The notes: a model not told the origin generated them from the letters alone. Positions 1 to 14,666 are shown, counted from the stretch's first letter. The stretch: 64,000 nucleotides of DNA from Lingula anatina (GCA_051362555.1 CM120644.1:16948534-17012533), one strand, 5' to 3'. Translations and numbers: made by a program.

Positions 1-882
1 AGCACGTGTAGAAGCAACTTAGGTCTGTTGAAACTCCTTGAAGCAACTAAATTGGCCCACTTTATATATTTTTTTTACTTCTCACCCCAACCCCTTAACC
101 AGTCGAGGCAGATTGTTTAAATCCATCTTCGGCTTAAAGTATGCTTTTTTTTATTTTGGTTATTAGAGATTCAGTCTTCTGATAAAATGTTCAATGTCCT
201 CTTCATTATATGCTTGTATGCTTCTTGTTGATCTTGTTAATAAAATACCATTTTGAAACTTGTGAGAGATGTAGATTATAAAAATGCGACGTGTTTTCTA
301 TATCCAACTAATTAGTGAATAAATTGAAAGAAGTAAAAAGAAATTGTTGACTATCAGGCCCGCACCCAGGCATTTCAAAGTGTTCTTGCATCGATCTTGT
401 TGATATAGGTTCTATGCAGTAGTTGCCGACATGTGGTTACTTTTTTGACAGAACCATGCTTCAACAAAGCCAAGCTTTGACCAGCCCGAAGGAGCACTAC
501 TGTATATTACACAATGCAGCAGTGCAACAGACATATTAGTCAGTTAATTGGTAGCGACACACCTGACTACACACTTCTCCAGGCAGAAATGAGATCTTTT
601 TTTTTTTTTTTTTTTTTAAGAATGCATTTTAACCTAGGCATACCTTTGAAACTGAAATATTCCAAAATTTAAAAAATGTCAAGTCTCTAAGTTTACGGCT
701 TTCAGTTGATATTTTCCGATTCTTAATGAATGGTTTAATTCGGTAAACAGCGAAGATAAACTAACATCACGCCAGACCTCTTGACCTGCTACCCTGACGA
801 AGAAGAGGTTAGCTTATCGCTAGATAGCAGTCGAAAGAGGGATTAACTACTTCCCAGGGTCGGATGACACTTTCTCAGTGAC
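1..882. repeat. Type-A intergenic spacer of the CYP array (implies another CYP copy upstream of the window)
   Basis: Near-identical to ~3659-4536 and ~17029-17867, each of which follows a CYP stop codon. Confidence 0.85.
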
Positions 883-3546
883 ATGGCAATGATCGAATGG
901 ATTCTACGGGAGATCTTAACATCTCCCACAGCTTTATGTATTATCTTGGGAACAGCGTTCATTTTTCACCTGTTCCTAAGAGAAGGCAAGTATGGTCAGA
1001 ATTTCCCGTCTGGTCCATGGGGTTTGCCTTTTGTCGGAGTGTTGCCGTTCCTCGGTGAACATCCAGAGATCACCATGATGGAATGGGCGAAGAAGTACGG
1101 CAAGGTGTTCAGCGTCCGAATGGGTCCTGAAACCGTCATTTTGCTGCAAGGCTACGAAGCAGTCAGGGACGCTTTTTCCAGGAAATCGGCGATTTTTTCA
1201 GGAAGGCCCCATGTTCCAACTTTTGATTTCATGAATGATAGAGGTAAAGCAAGTCTTTCACTATTTATTTATTTATTAATTTATTTATTTATTTTTAATG
1301 TCTGTACATCATACAGCATGCCAGGTCTCCCCTATAGACAGTTAGAATGCATATGTCCCTCTAACAATAATATGACCGTATTGAAAATTACTATTTGAAA
1401 ATACCATTTACCTTGGTATAAATGATATAATTTTCGTTTATTCATATCATAAAACGCAAAGAAAACTGAGTCTTTACTATCTAGTCTTAATACCAGATTT
1501 AGATATTTGCGACAACTTTATCAATAGTTTAAAATATTCCTATTCATTCATAGAATAAAAACATATTTCTTCTGTTTTTAGGTCTTTTAGTTCTGGAATA
1601 CGGATCTGCCTTCACGGCACAAAAAAATTTCACCATGCAATACATTGCCCATGCCAACAATGAGAAACACGTAAATAGTGAGGTTGACGCCCTCTTGGGG
1701 TATATTCGAGAACAACGCGGTAAGCCGTTCCAGTTCAACTTCCCGATGAAGGCGACCACCTCTAATGTTATCGGCACTGTCCTATTTGGAAGTCGCCAAG
1801 AATACGACGATCCCGTCTTTAAGCGTCTCCTGCAAGTCTTCCAAAAAGCGATGTTATTGAGCGGCCAGCTAAGCATCAGGCAATTTCTACCTTTTTTATC
1901 CTTTATTCCCTCAGTTGACGAAAGAAAAGTCGCATGGAGGGAGTTTTCAGAGATCCTCAACGAAATGTTGGTCGAACACAAGACTACTTACAGGAAAGAT
2001 AGAACTAGAGGCCTTATAGATGCGTTCGTTCATAAGGTAGGTTAATATCTTTCAGTAAACATATCTGCGGATTTAATTTCTTTCACCTTTCCTGGAATGG
2101 ATACTGTACCTCTGGTATCTTGATATCTCTTGGATGTAATTCTTATTCAAATGTAATTAAAAAATACAAAGCCTTATAATTTTTTTTCCGTCATAAAGTT
2201 GTTGGTGTATTTGTTTGCTATCGAGCTGTATTAATTTTTAGCGTTTGTCATAGATAAAAACCATTACTGGTTTTAGATTACTGAGAAGGAGAATGGCGGC
2301 CAGAATCTTTTCACAGAAGCCGATCTTCTACCAAGCCTGCTCACGCTGTATTTCACCGGCTCGGATACCGTATCTCTGACTCTTTCCTGGGGAATGCTCT
2401 TCCTTCTCCACCACCCCGCCGTCTGCAAGAGAATACAAGACGAATTGGATCGAGAAGTAGGGAAATCCCGGCGTCCAACGCTTGCTGATAAACAACGTCT
2501 TCCCTATACGACCGCCGCTTTGATGGAGGTGCAGCGCCTGAATTTCATTGCCCCGATTTCGGTTCCGCACAAGGCACTGAGGACGGTAAATTTTCGGGGA
2601 TACACCATTCCCGAAGGAACTACCGTCTTAGCCAACCAGTGGTCCATTATGATGGACGAGGAGAAATGGCCGAATCCTCAGCAGTTCGACCCATCGAGGT
2701 TTTTGGACGAGTTTGGGAACGTCAAGAAAAACGTAGCCTGGATTCCGTTTTCTGTGGGTAAGATGGCGTGGTTTTTTAATGCTGATTTTAAAATATTCTT
2801 TTCTAATTTTTAGTCATGGTTACCTATCTTTTGTAATTGATAAATTTTCATTACCAGCTTAAAAAGTCACCGCTTTTATCTTTTGTTTTTACTACACACC
2901 GTGCTAATGAACTTTTAACTTGTAAAGGAACTAAATGATTTTAAAAAAGCCTTTATCTAACCGCAGCATCTGTTATTAATTTTAAAACTTATTTTACATA
3001 TTACTCTCAACTCTTCTTTTTTTTATTTTCCCCAGTATTATTTAATTTTATTTCATCTTTTTTTTAAACCACATAAGACAAAACAATCTCCTTTTTATAA
3101 TATATGTACATGTACAATGGTTGAATAATATTGAATAAAGTTTAATACTACCTTCAACGACCAAAACAAAAATCTTTGAGAATATTTGTAGTATACTTAA
3201 TTATGCCACCCTCACCCCACCCCAGGGTGCTAAAAGAAACGCATACAAAGCGTTTTTCTTTTCCCGGTAGTTCGGTTCTACAATCTTCAAGAACGATATT
3301 TTTCGTCTACCAGAGCTCCATTTCGATTTATCTAATCTTTTTTTTTTTTTTTTTTTTTTACCAGGAAAGCGCTCTTGTCCAGGCGAAGTGCTGGCCAGAC
3401 AAGAAATATTCCTTGTGCTAACGGCCTTGTTGCAGGCGTTCTCGTTTCGGTCATCAGATGGCGAAGCTTTACCAGAATGCGTCGGCAAAACAGGCTCACT
3501 TTACGTCTGTCCCGATTTTCACGTCTGCGCCGTGCCAAGATTTTAA
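883..3546 (+). CDS. Cytochrome P450, CYP2-clan-like, tandem copy 1 (4 exons, 492 aa)
   Basis: Exons 883-1243, 1582-2036, 2277-2757, 3365-3546; all introns GT-AG; 1479 nt in frame. Has an N-terminal membrane anchor, PSGPWGLPFVG, I-helix YFTGSDTV, ExxR (MEVQR), FDPSRF and heme motif PFSVGKRSCPGE. Confidence 0.93.
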
Positions 3547-4536
3547 TGGAACTGCCCAAACAGCCGATGGAATGCCTCGTGACTAACCTTGCAAGCAGAA
3601 CCAACTTCATTTTGTTGTTATATTTGGCTTCATGATTGTCCTTATTACTAACATCAGAAGCACGTGTAGAAGCAACTTAGGTCTGTTGAAACTCCTTGAA
3701 GCAACTAAATTGGCCCACTTTATATATTTTTTTACTTCTCACCCCAACCCCTTAACCAGTCGAGGCAGATTGTTTAAATCCATCTTCGGCTTAAAGTATG
3801 TTTTTTTTATTTTGGTTATTAGAGATTCAGTCCTCTGATAAAATGTTCAATGTCCTCTTCATTATATGCTTGTATGCTTCTTGTCAATCTTGTTAATAAA
3901 ATACCATTTTGAAAGTTGTGAGAGATGTAGATTATAAAAATGCGACGTGTTTTCTATATCCAACTAATTAGTGAATAAATTGAAAGAAGGAAAAAGAAAT
4001 TGTTGACTATCAGGCCCGCACCCAGGCATTTCAAAGTGTTCTTGCATCGATCTTGTTGATATAGGTTCTATGCAGTAGTTGCCGACATGTGGTTACTTTT
4101 TTGACAGAACCATGCTTCAACAAAGCCAAGCTTTGACCAGCCCGAAGGAGCACTACTGCATATTACACAATGCAGAAGTGCAACAGACATGTTAGCCAGT
4201 TAATTGGTAGCGACACACCTGACTACACACTTCTCCAGTCAGAAATGAGATTTTTTTCTCTTTTTTTTTTTAAGAAATCATTTTTACCTAGGCATACCTT
4301 TGAAACTGAAATATTCCAAAATTTAAAAAATGTCAAGTCTGTAAGTTTACGGCTTTCAGTTGATATTTTCCGATTCTTAATGATTGGTTTAATTCGGTAA
4401 ACAGCGAAGATAAACTAACATCACGCCAGACCTCTTGACCTGCTACCCTGACGAAGAAGAGGTTAGCTTATCGCTAGATAGCAGTTGAAAGAGGGATTAA
4501 CTACTTCCCAGGGTCGGATGACACTTTCTCAGTGAC

Positions 4537-4916
4537 ATGGCAATGATCGAATGGATTCTACGGGAGATCTTAACATCTCCCACAGCTTTATGTATTATCT
4601 TGGGAACAGCGCTCATTTTTCACCTGTTCCTAAAAGAAGGCAAGTATGGTCAGAATTTCCCGTCTGGTCCATGGGGATTGCCTTTTGTCGGAGTGTTGCC
4701 GTTCCTCGGTGAACATCCAGAGATCACCATGATGGAATGGGCGAAGAAGTACGGCAAGGTGTTCAGCGTCCGAATGGGTCCTGAAACCGTCATTTTGCTG
4801 CAAGGCTACGAAGCTGTCAGGGACGCTTTTTCCAGGAAATCGGCGATTTTTTCTGGAAGGCCCCATGTTCCAACGTTTGATTTCATGAATGATAGAGGTA
4901 AAGCAAGCCTTTCACT

Positions 4917-4947
<31 letters not shown>

Positions 4948-6114
4948 ATGTCTGTTCATCATACAGCATGCCAGGTCTCCCCTATAGACAGTTAGAATGC
5001 ATATGTCCCTCTAACAATAATAAATAGCCTTTTAAGTAAGGCTCACAACATGTGGTATTGTCCATACGGGTCGCGTGCAGTTCATTTTTATCAATGGCAA
5101 ACTTGGAATCATGATAAATGAAGAAAAACTAACCACTTTTTGACAGAATAAAGTGTCCAAGAAGCAAAATGAGATTGCAATACAGATAAATTTATCAAAA
5201 AATAAATATTTTTAATATGCTAATTATTCAATTTAATGTTTTTTAACATGCAAATCAAAATAATGTACGTTTTGAATCCAGAAATTGGCGGCCATTTGGG
5301 ATTTTTATACCCTGTACAAAATCTCAAAACAATTTAAATTATTCAGTCATACATTTCATACCATGACCTGTGCAATAAATCCTCCATTAAGTAGTCTGAT
5401 ATGTTTTATACTAAGAAAGGCTTGTTGACATATCAAAACAAAAAGCCCATTTTATGTGGTGGCCATCTTGGATTAGAGCCATCTGTGTTCAAATGTACAA
5501 TTTTGTGATAAATTAACTGGTAAAAATTAAAAATATAGACTTCAACCTATTCAAATACATCAAAACATGTTAAATATTCCTAATTTTTGGTTAATAAAAA
5601 AAAATTCAAATTTAGGTATTTGTATTTTTTCACAAAAAGTAAGGAAAATGGCCGCCATCTTGGATTCAGTCGCCATCTTGAAAAATGTAAAGTGCCTGAA
5701 AAATCAAAGAAGGCCAAAGTACTTGTGATCAGTGCAAATTTTGATAATATTAAGTTGTTAAGTAACTTTTAAATCAATTTTTGTATTTACAGTTGACACA
5801 TGAATTTACTGGCGGCCATCTTGGATTTGGCCTGTTTCCGGTACAAACGGACACTTTTTCAAGCCGGAAACAAGCAGAAATGAAAAATTCAGGTTCTAAA
5901 CTACAAGAATCAATCATAAAACCTTTGCCTGACGGGGGGTGCAGCCAAATCCTTAAATAAGGCCTTTTTTCAATTTGGCTCATGGACTATATCATAATAA
6001 ACAAAAGAACCCTGTGTGATTACTGTCTAAGTCTAAAGACTAGATTCAGATATCTGTAGCAACTATTTTTGTAATCTAAGATATTCAGAGAATAAAAAAA
6101 TAATAACCTTGCCG

Positions 6115-6148
<34 letters not shown>

Positions 6149-8302
6149 CATTTCTTTAGGTCTGGTAGTTTTGGACTACGGGCCTGCTTTCACGGCACAA
6201 AGGCAATTCACAATGCAATACATCGCCCATGCCAACAACGAGAAACACATAGATGGTGAGGTGGACGCCCTCTTGCGGTATATTCGAGAACAACGTGGAG
6301 AGGCATTCCAGTTCAACTTCCCGATGAAGGCGACCACCTCTAATGTTATCGGCACTGTCCTGTTTGGAAGTCGCCAAGAATACGACGATCCCGTCTTTAA
6401 GCGTCTCCTGCAAGTCTTCCAAAAAGCCATGTTATTGAGCGGCCAGCTGAGCATCAGGCAATTTCTACCTTTTTTATCTTTTATTCCCTCAGTTGATGAA
6501 AGAAAAGCCGCATGGGGGGAGTTTTCGGACATCCTCAACGAAATGTTGGTTGAGCACAGAGCCACTTACAAAGAGGGGACAACTCGGGGGTTTATAGATG
6601 CGTTCATTCACAAGGTAGGTTTTAAAAAATAAACTTCATATATCCATCCGATTTGCATTTCACTTTTCTAGTAGTTGAACCTCTGCTATCCTACTCCCTA
6701 TCATGAATTTGATTTAAGACATGCGCTCTTGCTCAATAATAAAGCTGCTCGTGTACTATTTTCTCTGGCAACCTTTCTTTGATAAATATATCACAATTCT
6801 GATTGTATCTTCTGAGACTTTAGCTGTTGATGAATATTATTATTGGTTTTAGATTAATGAAAACGAGAATGGCGGCCAGAATCTTTTCACAGAAGCCGAC
6901 CTTCTACCAAGCCTGCTCACTCTGTATTTCGCCGGCTCGGATACCGTATATCTAACGCTTTCCTGGGGAATGCTCTTCCTTCTCCACCACCCCGCCGTCT
7001 GCAGGAGAATTCAAGACGAATTAGATCGAGAAGTAGGGAAATCCCGGCGTCCAACGCTTGCTGATAGACAAAATCTTCCATACACCAACGCCGCTTTGAT
7101 GGAGGTACAACGCCTAAATTTCATTGCCCCGATTTCGGGTCCGCACAAAGTGCGGAGAACGGTCAATTTTCGGGGATACACCATCCCCGAAGGAACGACC
7201 GTCTTGGCCAATCAGTGGTCAGTTATGATGGACGAGGAGAAATGGCCGAATCCTCAGCAGTTCGACCCATCGAGGTTTTTGGACGAGTTTGGGAACGTCA
7301 AGAAAAACGTAGCCTGGATTCCGTTTTCTGTGGGTAAGATGGCGTCGTTTTTTAATGCTGATTTTAAAATATCCTCTTCAGATTTTAAGTCACTGGTAAT
7401 TTATCTTTTGTAATTGATACATTTTCATTACCAGTTTAAAAAGTCACCGCTTTTATCTTTTGTTTTTACTACACACCGTGCTAATGAACTTCTCAATTTT
7501 CTTACAAGCAAATGTAAACTTTTAACTTTTAGATGAAATAAATGAATTTTTAAAAAAAGCCTTTATCTAACCGCAGCATCTGTTTTTAATATTAACACCA
7601 ATTTTACATATTACTCCCAACTTTTTTTAACTTTTCTCGGACTTATTTAATTTTATTTCATCTTTTTTAAATCACATAAGGCAAAGCCATCTCCGTTTTA
7701 TATGTACAATGGTTGAATAAAGTTTAATACTACCTTCAACGACCGAAACAGAAATCTTTGAGAATGTTTGTAGAGTGCTCACTTATGCAACCCTCACCTC
7801 ACCCCAGGGGAAAAGAAACGCATAGATTTAGCATTTTCTTTTCTCGGTAATTCGGTTCTTTCGCAAAGTCTTCAAGAACAATATTTTTTTGTGTCTAATC
7901 CAGAGCTCTATTTCGATTTATCTAATTATTATTTTTTTATGTCCACCTGCCTTATGCCACCCTTACCTCACCCCAGGGTACTAAAAGAAACGCATAGAAA
8001 ACTTTTTTCTTTTCCCGGTAGTGCGTTTCTATCGCAAAGACTTCAAGAACAATATTTTTGCGTCTAATCCAGAGCTCCCTATCGATTAAGCTAATGTTTT
8101 GTTGTTTTTTTTTTCACCAGGAAAGCGCTCTTGTCCCGGCGAAGTTCTGGCCAGACAAGAAATATTCCTTGTGCTAACGGCCTTGTTGCAGGCGTTTTCA
8201 TTTCGGTCACCAGATGGCGAAGCTTTACCGGAATGCGTTGGCAAGACAGGCTCACTTTACGTCTGTCCCGATTTTAACGTCTGCGCCGTACCAAGATTTT
8301 AA
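4537..8302 (+). CDS. Cytochrome P450, CYP2-clan-like, tandem copy 2 (492 aa)
   Basis: Exons 4537-4897, 6160-6614, 6853-7333, 8121-8302, same sizes as copy 1. I-helix YFAGSDTVY; heme motif intact; intron 1 enlarged by a ~1-kb insertion. Confidence 0.92.
5023..5989. mobile_element. ~970-bp insertion in CYP copy 2 intron 1, probable non-autonomous DNA element
   Basis: Absent from intron 1 of the other four copies. Carries repeated GCCAT(C/T)TTG motifs. No clean TIR pair or TSD resolved. Confidence 0.55.
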
Positions 8303-9845
8303 TGGAACAGCCTGTGCTGCCTATGGAATGTCTTGTGACTAACCTTGCAAGCTGAACCAAGTTCATTTTGTTTGTCATTTTTCGCTTAATACGTGTCCTT
8401 ATTACTATTATCCGAAGTACATGTAAAAGCAACTAAATTGATTTAAATTCCCTTTGTAATATTTCCTTTATTTCATTCTTTTGACCCATTTTTTTCAAAA
8501 GACATTACATATCGGGGGCACATTAATATCAAAATCAGCGAAACACCCATTCTCCCTCCGAGATAAATAAGCATTTTTCCATCACTGTGCCTTAATAACG
8601 TATTTAAAAAAAATACCCTCTTCTGTTGTTGGAGGACATCATACATGTACACTGATCACTGACTGATCACGGAATTTTGATCAAGTTTCGAACAGAACAG
8701 GTGAAAGCTCCTTTGAGATGAAAAAAGTGTAAAAACGTGTAGGGAGAAATCACTCTTAGAAGTTACCCATCAAAATACAAATATATTACAGATAAAACCA
8801 GGAGGTTGTTATTTCAGCCCTTTTTACTTTGCTTTATGGGCCAGAATCCTGGAATCCGGCGCCGAAAATACCCTCTACCAGGGCCGCAGTTATTATTCTG
8901 TGAACATTTTTTGCTGAGGCAGTCCATCTATTTAACCAGAGATATATCTGTTGATATCTAGTGAAAAATCTATGGCCCTTTTAGAGGGTACGCCGTACGT
9001 TAGCGTAGGCCCAAAACGCACTGAAATAAATGAAACTGAAATGCGTTATACAAGAAAATATTATTATTATTATTATTATTAAAGCCAGATATTTAAGATA
9101 AAAAATGAACCTTGGCGATGGCGCTGCCGATTGCGTCTCAGATCACAACAAACGCACGCGTTAGCTACGCCAATACAGGAATAAACAACTCAAAACTTGA
9201 TGTTGGCGCAACGAATTAATGACTTGGTTAGGTTGTTACATGGATAGGTCAGAGGTCAGAAGTTAGGACAGTAACAGTAGGAGTACGCGGTTCCTATGGG
9301 CCATGGTACGAAAGGGCCCCCGACCTCAACAACTTTGACGGTTTTTGCTTGTTCTTTTCAATATTCCAAGGTATGGTTTGTGGCACTAATTATGTCATTC
9401 TTAAGGACTACTAATACGCAAAGCATTGCACCTCTAGTAGAGACTAGCCACTTTCAACATGTTTCTGCCTGAACGGTGTCTACGATTCTTTACCGCAATA
9501 AAAACCAACAAAATCAACACGGTTATCTCAAAGACATGCTGATAACGAGCAAGATCCAGGTGAATGTTTTCTCATTAACGAGCACTTAAACTGAACTAGT
9601 CGATTTACAGACTTCTCTATTTCGAATTTGAGATTGTTTTTCAGAAGAAAAAAAAGCCCTGTTGTAACATGCCATAAGGAACGCTGCGTTTATAGAAACA
9701 AAAACTCTGGAGGTTCAAAAAATGTATTTATGTATTATATGGTTAGCGAGCGACAACTGCAGGCAGTGTCAAACAAAAAAAAAAAATTAGACTAGATCTG
9801 TGAGTATAGATAACGCCTCTGATCTCACAGCATTTCGTCTGTAAT
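8303..9845. repeat. Type-B intergenic spacer of the CYP array
   Basis: Near-identical to 12714-14253. Both precede the MAAIEWVLRE-type exon 1. Confidence 0.85.
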
Positions 9846-10227
9846 ATGGCGGCGATAGAATGGGTTTTACGGGAGATCTCAACATCTCCCACAACTTTAT
9901 TGCTTATCGTGGTAGCAACGATCCTTATTCACGCATTTATCAAAGAGGCCAAGTTTGGTCAGAATTTCCCGTCTGGGCCATGGGGATTGCCTTTTGTCGG
10001 AGTGTTACCGTTCCTCGGTGAACATCCAGAGATCACCATGATGGAATGGGCGAAGAAGTACGGCAAGGTGTTCAGCGTCCGAATGGGTCCTGAAACCGTC
10101 ATTTTGCTGCAAGGCTACGAAGCGGTCAGGGACGCCTTTTCCAGGAAATCGTCGATTTTTTCAGGAAGGCCCCATGTTCCAACTTTTGATTTCATGAATG
10201 ATAGAGGTAAAACAAGTCTTTCACTTT

Positions 10228-10274
<47 letters not shown>

Positions 10275-12713
10275 TCTGAACATCATGCAGCATGCCAGGT
10301 CTCCCCTATAGACAGTTAGAATGCATGGCCTCTACCAGTTATATGACCTTATTGTAAATTACTGTTTGAAAATACTATTTATCTTGCTATAAATGATAAT
10401 TTTCGTTTATTCATATCATAAAACACGAAAAAACGAGTCATTGCTGTTTTGTCTAAGAACCAGATTTAGATATTTGCGACAACTATTTCAATAGCTTAAA
10501 AATATTCATATTCATTTATAGAATAAAAACATATTTCCTCCGTTTTAAGGTCTTTTAGTTCTGGAATACGGACCTGCCTTCACGGCACAAAAAAATTTCA
10601 CAATGCAATACATCGCCCATGCCAACAATGAGAAACACGTAAATGGCGAGGTGGACGCCCTCTTGCGGTACATTCGAGAACAACGCGGTAAGCCGTTCCA
10701 GTTCAACTTCCCGATGAAGGCAACCACCTCTAACGTCATAACCACCGTCCTGTTTGGAAGTCGCCAAGAATACGACGATCCAGTTTTTAAACGTCTCCTG
10801 CAAGTCTTCCAAAAAGCAATGTTATTGAGCGGCCAGCTAAGCATCAGGCAATTTCTACCTTTTTTAACTTTCATCCCCTCAGTTGATGAAAGAAAACGCG
10901 CATGGGGGGAGTTTTCGGACATCCTCAATGACATGTTGGTTGAGCACAGAGCCACTTACAGAGAGGGGACAACTAGGGGCCTTATTGATGCGTTCATTCA
11001 CAAGGTAGATTTAAAAAAAAGAAAAAAGAAAAAACTTCATATATCCATTCGATTTGCATTGCGCAGGGAACTTTCCATGCAACTTTTCTTGTAGTTGCAC
11101 CTCTGCTATCGTACTCCCTGTCATGAATTTGATTTCAGAAATGCGCTCTTGCTCAATAATAAAGCTGCTCGTTTATCGTTTTCTCTGGCAATCTTTCTTT
11201 ATTAAATATGTCTCCTTTCTGAATACATCTCTTGAGAATGATGCATATTATTACTGGTTTTAGATTAATGAAAACGAGAGTGGCGGCCAGAATCTTTTCA
11301 CAGAAGCCGACCTTCTACCAAGCCTGCTCACGCTGTATTTCGCCGGCTCGGATACCGTATATCTAACGCTTTCCTGGGGAATGCTCTTCCTTCTCCACCA
11401 CCCCGCCGTCTGTAAGAGAATACAAGACGAATTGGATCGAGAAGTAGGGAAATCCCGGCGTCCAACGCTTGCTGATAGACAAAATCTTCCATACACCAAC
11501 GCCGCTTTGATGGAGGTACAACGCCTAAATTTCATTGCCCCGATTTCGGGCCCGCACAAAGCACTGAGGACGGTCAATTTTCGGGGATACACCATCCCCG
11601 AAGGAACGACCGTCTTTGCCAACCAGTGGTCAATTATGATGGACGAGGAGAAATGGCCGAATCCTCAGCAGTTCGACCCATCGAGGTTTTTGGACGAGTT
11701 TGGGAACGTCAAGAAAAACGTAGCCTGGATTCCGTTTTCTGTGGGTAAGATGGCGTCGTTTTTAATGCTGATTTTAAAATATCCTCTTCAGATTTTAAGT
11801 CACTGGTAACGTATCTTTTGTAATTGATACATTTTCATTACCAGTTTAAAAGCTCACTGCTTTTATCTTTTTTTACGACTCAACCAGCTAATGAACTTCT
11901 TGATTTTCTTACAAGCAAATGTAAACTTTTAACTTTTAGATGAAATAAATGAATTTTTAAAAAAGCCTTTATCTAACCGCAGCATCTGTTTTTACTATTA
12001 ACTTTAATTTTACATATTACTCCCAACTTTTTTTAACTTTTCTCGGCTTTATTTAATTTTATTTAATCTTTTTTAAATCACATAAGGCAAAGCAATCTCC
12101 GTTTTATATGTACAATGGTTGAATAAAGTTTAATACTACCTTCAACGACCGAAAAAGAAATCTTTGAGAATGTTTGTAGAGTGCTCACTTATGCAACCCT
12201 CACCTCACCCCAGGGGAAAAGAAACGCATAGATTTAGCATTTTCTTTTCTCGGTAATTCGGTTCTATCGCAAAGTCTTCAAGAACAATATTTTTTTGTGT
12301 CTAATCCAGAGCTCCATTTCGATTTATCTAATTATTATTTTTTTTATGTCCACCTGCCTTATGCCACCCTTACCTCACCCCAGGGTACTAAAAGTAACGC
12401 ATAGAAAACTTTTTTCTTTTCCCGGTAGTGCGTTTCTATCGCAAAGACTTCAAGAACAATATTTTTGCGTCTAATCCAGAGCTCCCTATCGATTAAGCTA
12501 ATGTTTTGTTGTTTTTTTTTTTTTTCACCAGGAAAGCGCTCTTGTCCCGGCGAAGTTCTGGCCAGACAAGAAATATTCCTTGTGCTAACGGCCTTGTTGC
12601 AGGCGTTTTCATTTCGGTCACCAGATGGCGAAGCTTTACCGGAATGCGTTGGCAAGACAGGCTCACTTTACGTCTGTCCCGATTTTAACGTCTGCGCCGT
12701 ACCAAGATTTTAA
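9846..12713 (+). CDS. Cytochrome P450, CYP2-clan-like, tandem copy 3 (492 aa)
   Basis: Exons 9846-10206, 10550-11004, 11264-11744, 12532-12713. N-terminus MAAIEWVLRE; I-helix YFAGSDTVY; heme motif intact. Confidence 0.92.
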
Positions 12714-13457
12714 TGGAACAGCCTGTGCTGCCTATGGAATGTCTTGTGACTAACCTTGCAAGCTGAACCAAGTTCATTTTGTTTTTCGCTTAATACGTGT
12801 CCTTATTACTATTATCCGAAGTACATGTAAAAGCAACTAAATTGATTTAAATTCCCTTTGTAATATTTCCTTTATTTCATTTTTTTGACCCATTTTTTTC
12901 AAAAGACAATACATATCGGGGGCATATTAATATCAAAATCAGCGAAACACCCATTCTCCCTCCGAGATAAATAAGCATTTTTCCATCACTGTGCCTTAAT
13001 AACGTATTTTAAAAAAATACCCTCTTCTGTTGTTGGAGGACATCATACACTGATCACTGACTGATCACGGAATTTTGATCAAGTTTCGAACAGAACAGGT
13101 GAAAGCTCCTTTGAGTTGAAAAAAAGTGTAAAAACGTGTAGGGAGAAATCACTCTTAGAAGTTACCCATCAAAATACAAATATATTACAGATAAAACCAG
13201 GAGGTTGTTATTTCAGCCCTTTTTACTTTGCTTTATGGGACAGAATCCTGGAATCCGGCGCCGAAAATACCCTCTACCAGGGCCGCAGTTATTATTCTGT
13301 GAACATTTTTTGCTGAGAAAATCCATCTATTTAACCAGAGATATATCTGTTAATATCTAGTGAAAAATCTATGGCCCATTTAGAGGGTACGCCGTACGTT
13401 AGCGTAGGCCCAAAACGCACTGAAATAAATGAAACTGAAATGTGTTATACAAGAAAA

Positions 13458-13490
<33 letters not shown>

Positions 13491-14253
13491 AGCCAGATGT
13501 TTAAAATAAAAAATGAAACTTGGCGATGGCGCAGCCGATTGCGTCTCAGATCACAACAAACGCACGCGTTAGATACGCCAGTAGAGGAATAAACAACCCA
13601 AAACTTGATCTTGGCTCAACGAATTAATGACTTGGTTAGGTTTTTACATGAATAGGTCATAGGTCAGAAGTTAGGACAGTAACAGTAGGAGTACGCGGTT
13701 CCTATGGGCCATGGTACGAAAGGACCCCCGACCTCAACAACTTTGACGGTTTTTGCTTGTTCTTTTCAATATTCCAAGGTATGGTTTGTGGCACTAATTA
13801 TGTCATTCTTAAGGACTACTAATACGCAAAGCATTGTACCTCTAGTAGACACTAGCCACTTTCAATATGTTTCTGCCTGCACGGTGTCTACGATTCTTTA
13901 CCCCTATAAAAACCAACAAAATCAACATGGTTATTTCAACGACATGCTGATAACGAGCAAGATCCAGGTGAATGTTTTCTCATTAACGAGCACTTAAACT
14001 GAATTAGTCGATTTACGGACTTTCTCTATTTCGAATTTGCGATTGTTTTTCAGAAGAAAAAAAAGCCCTGTTGTAACATGCCATAAGGAACGCTGCGTTT
14101 ATAGAAACAAAAACTCTGGAGGTTCAAAAAATGCATTTATGTATTATATGGTTATCGAGCGACAACTGCAGGCAGTGTTAAACAGAAAAAAAAATTAGAC
14201 TAGATATGTGAGTATAGATAACGCCTCTGATCTCACAGCATTTCGTCTGTAAT

Positions 14254-14635
14254 ATGGCGGCGATAGAATGGGTTTTACGGGAGATCTTAACATCTCCCAC
14301 AACTTTATTTATTATCGTGGTAGCTACGATCCTTTTTCACGTATTTCTCAAAGAGGCCAAGTATGGTCAGAATTTCCCGTCTGGTCCATGGGGACTGCCT
14401 TTTGTCGGTGTGTTGCCGTTTCTCGGCGAACATCCCGAAATAACCATGATGGAATGGGCGAAGAAGTACGGCAAGGTGTTCAGCGTCCGAATGGGTCCTG
14501 AAACCGTCATTTTGCTGCAAGGCTACGAAGCGGTCAGGGACGCCTTTTCCAGGAAATCGTCGATTTTTTCAGGAAGGCCCCATGTTCCAACTTTTGATTT
14601 CATGAATGATAGAGGTAAAACAAGTCTTTCACTTT

Positions 14636-14666
<31 letters not shown>

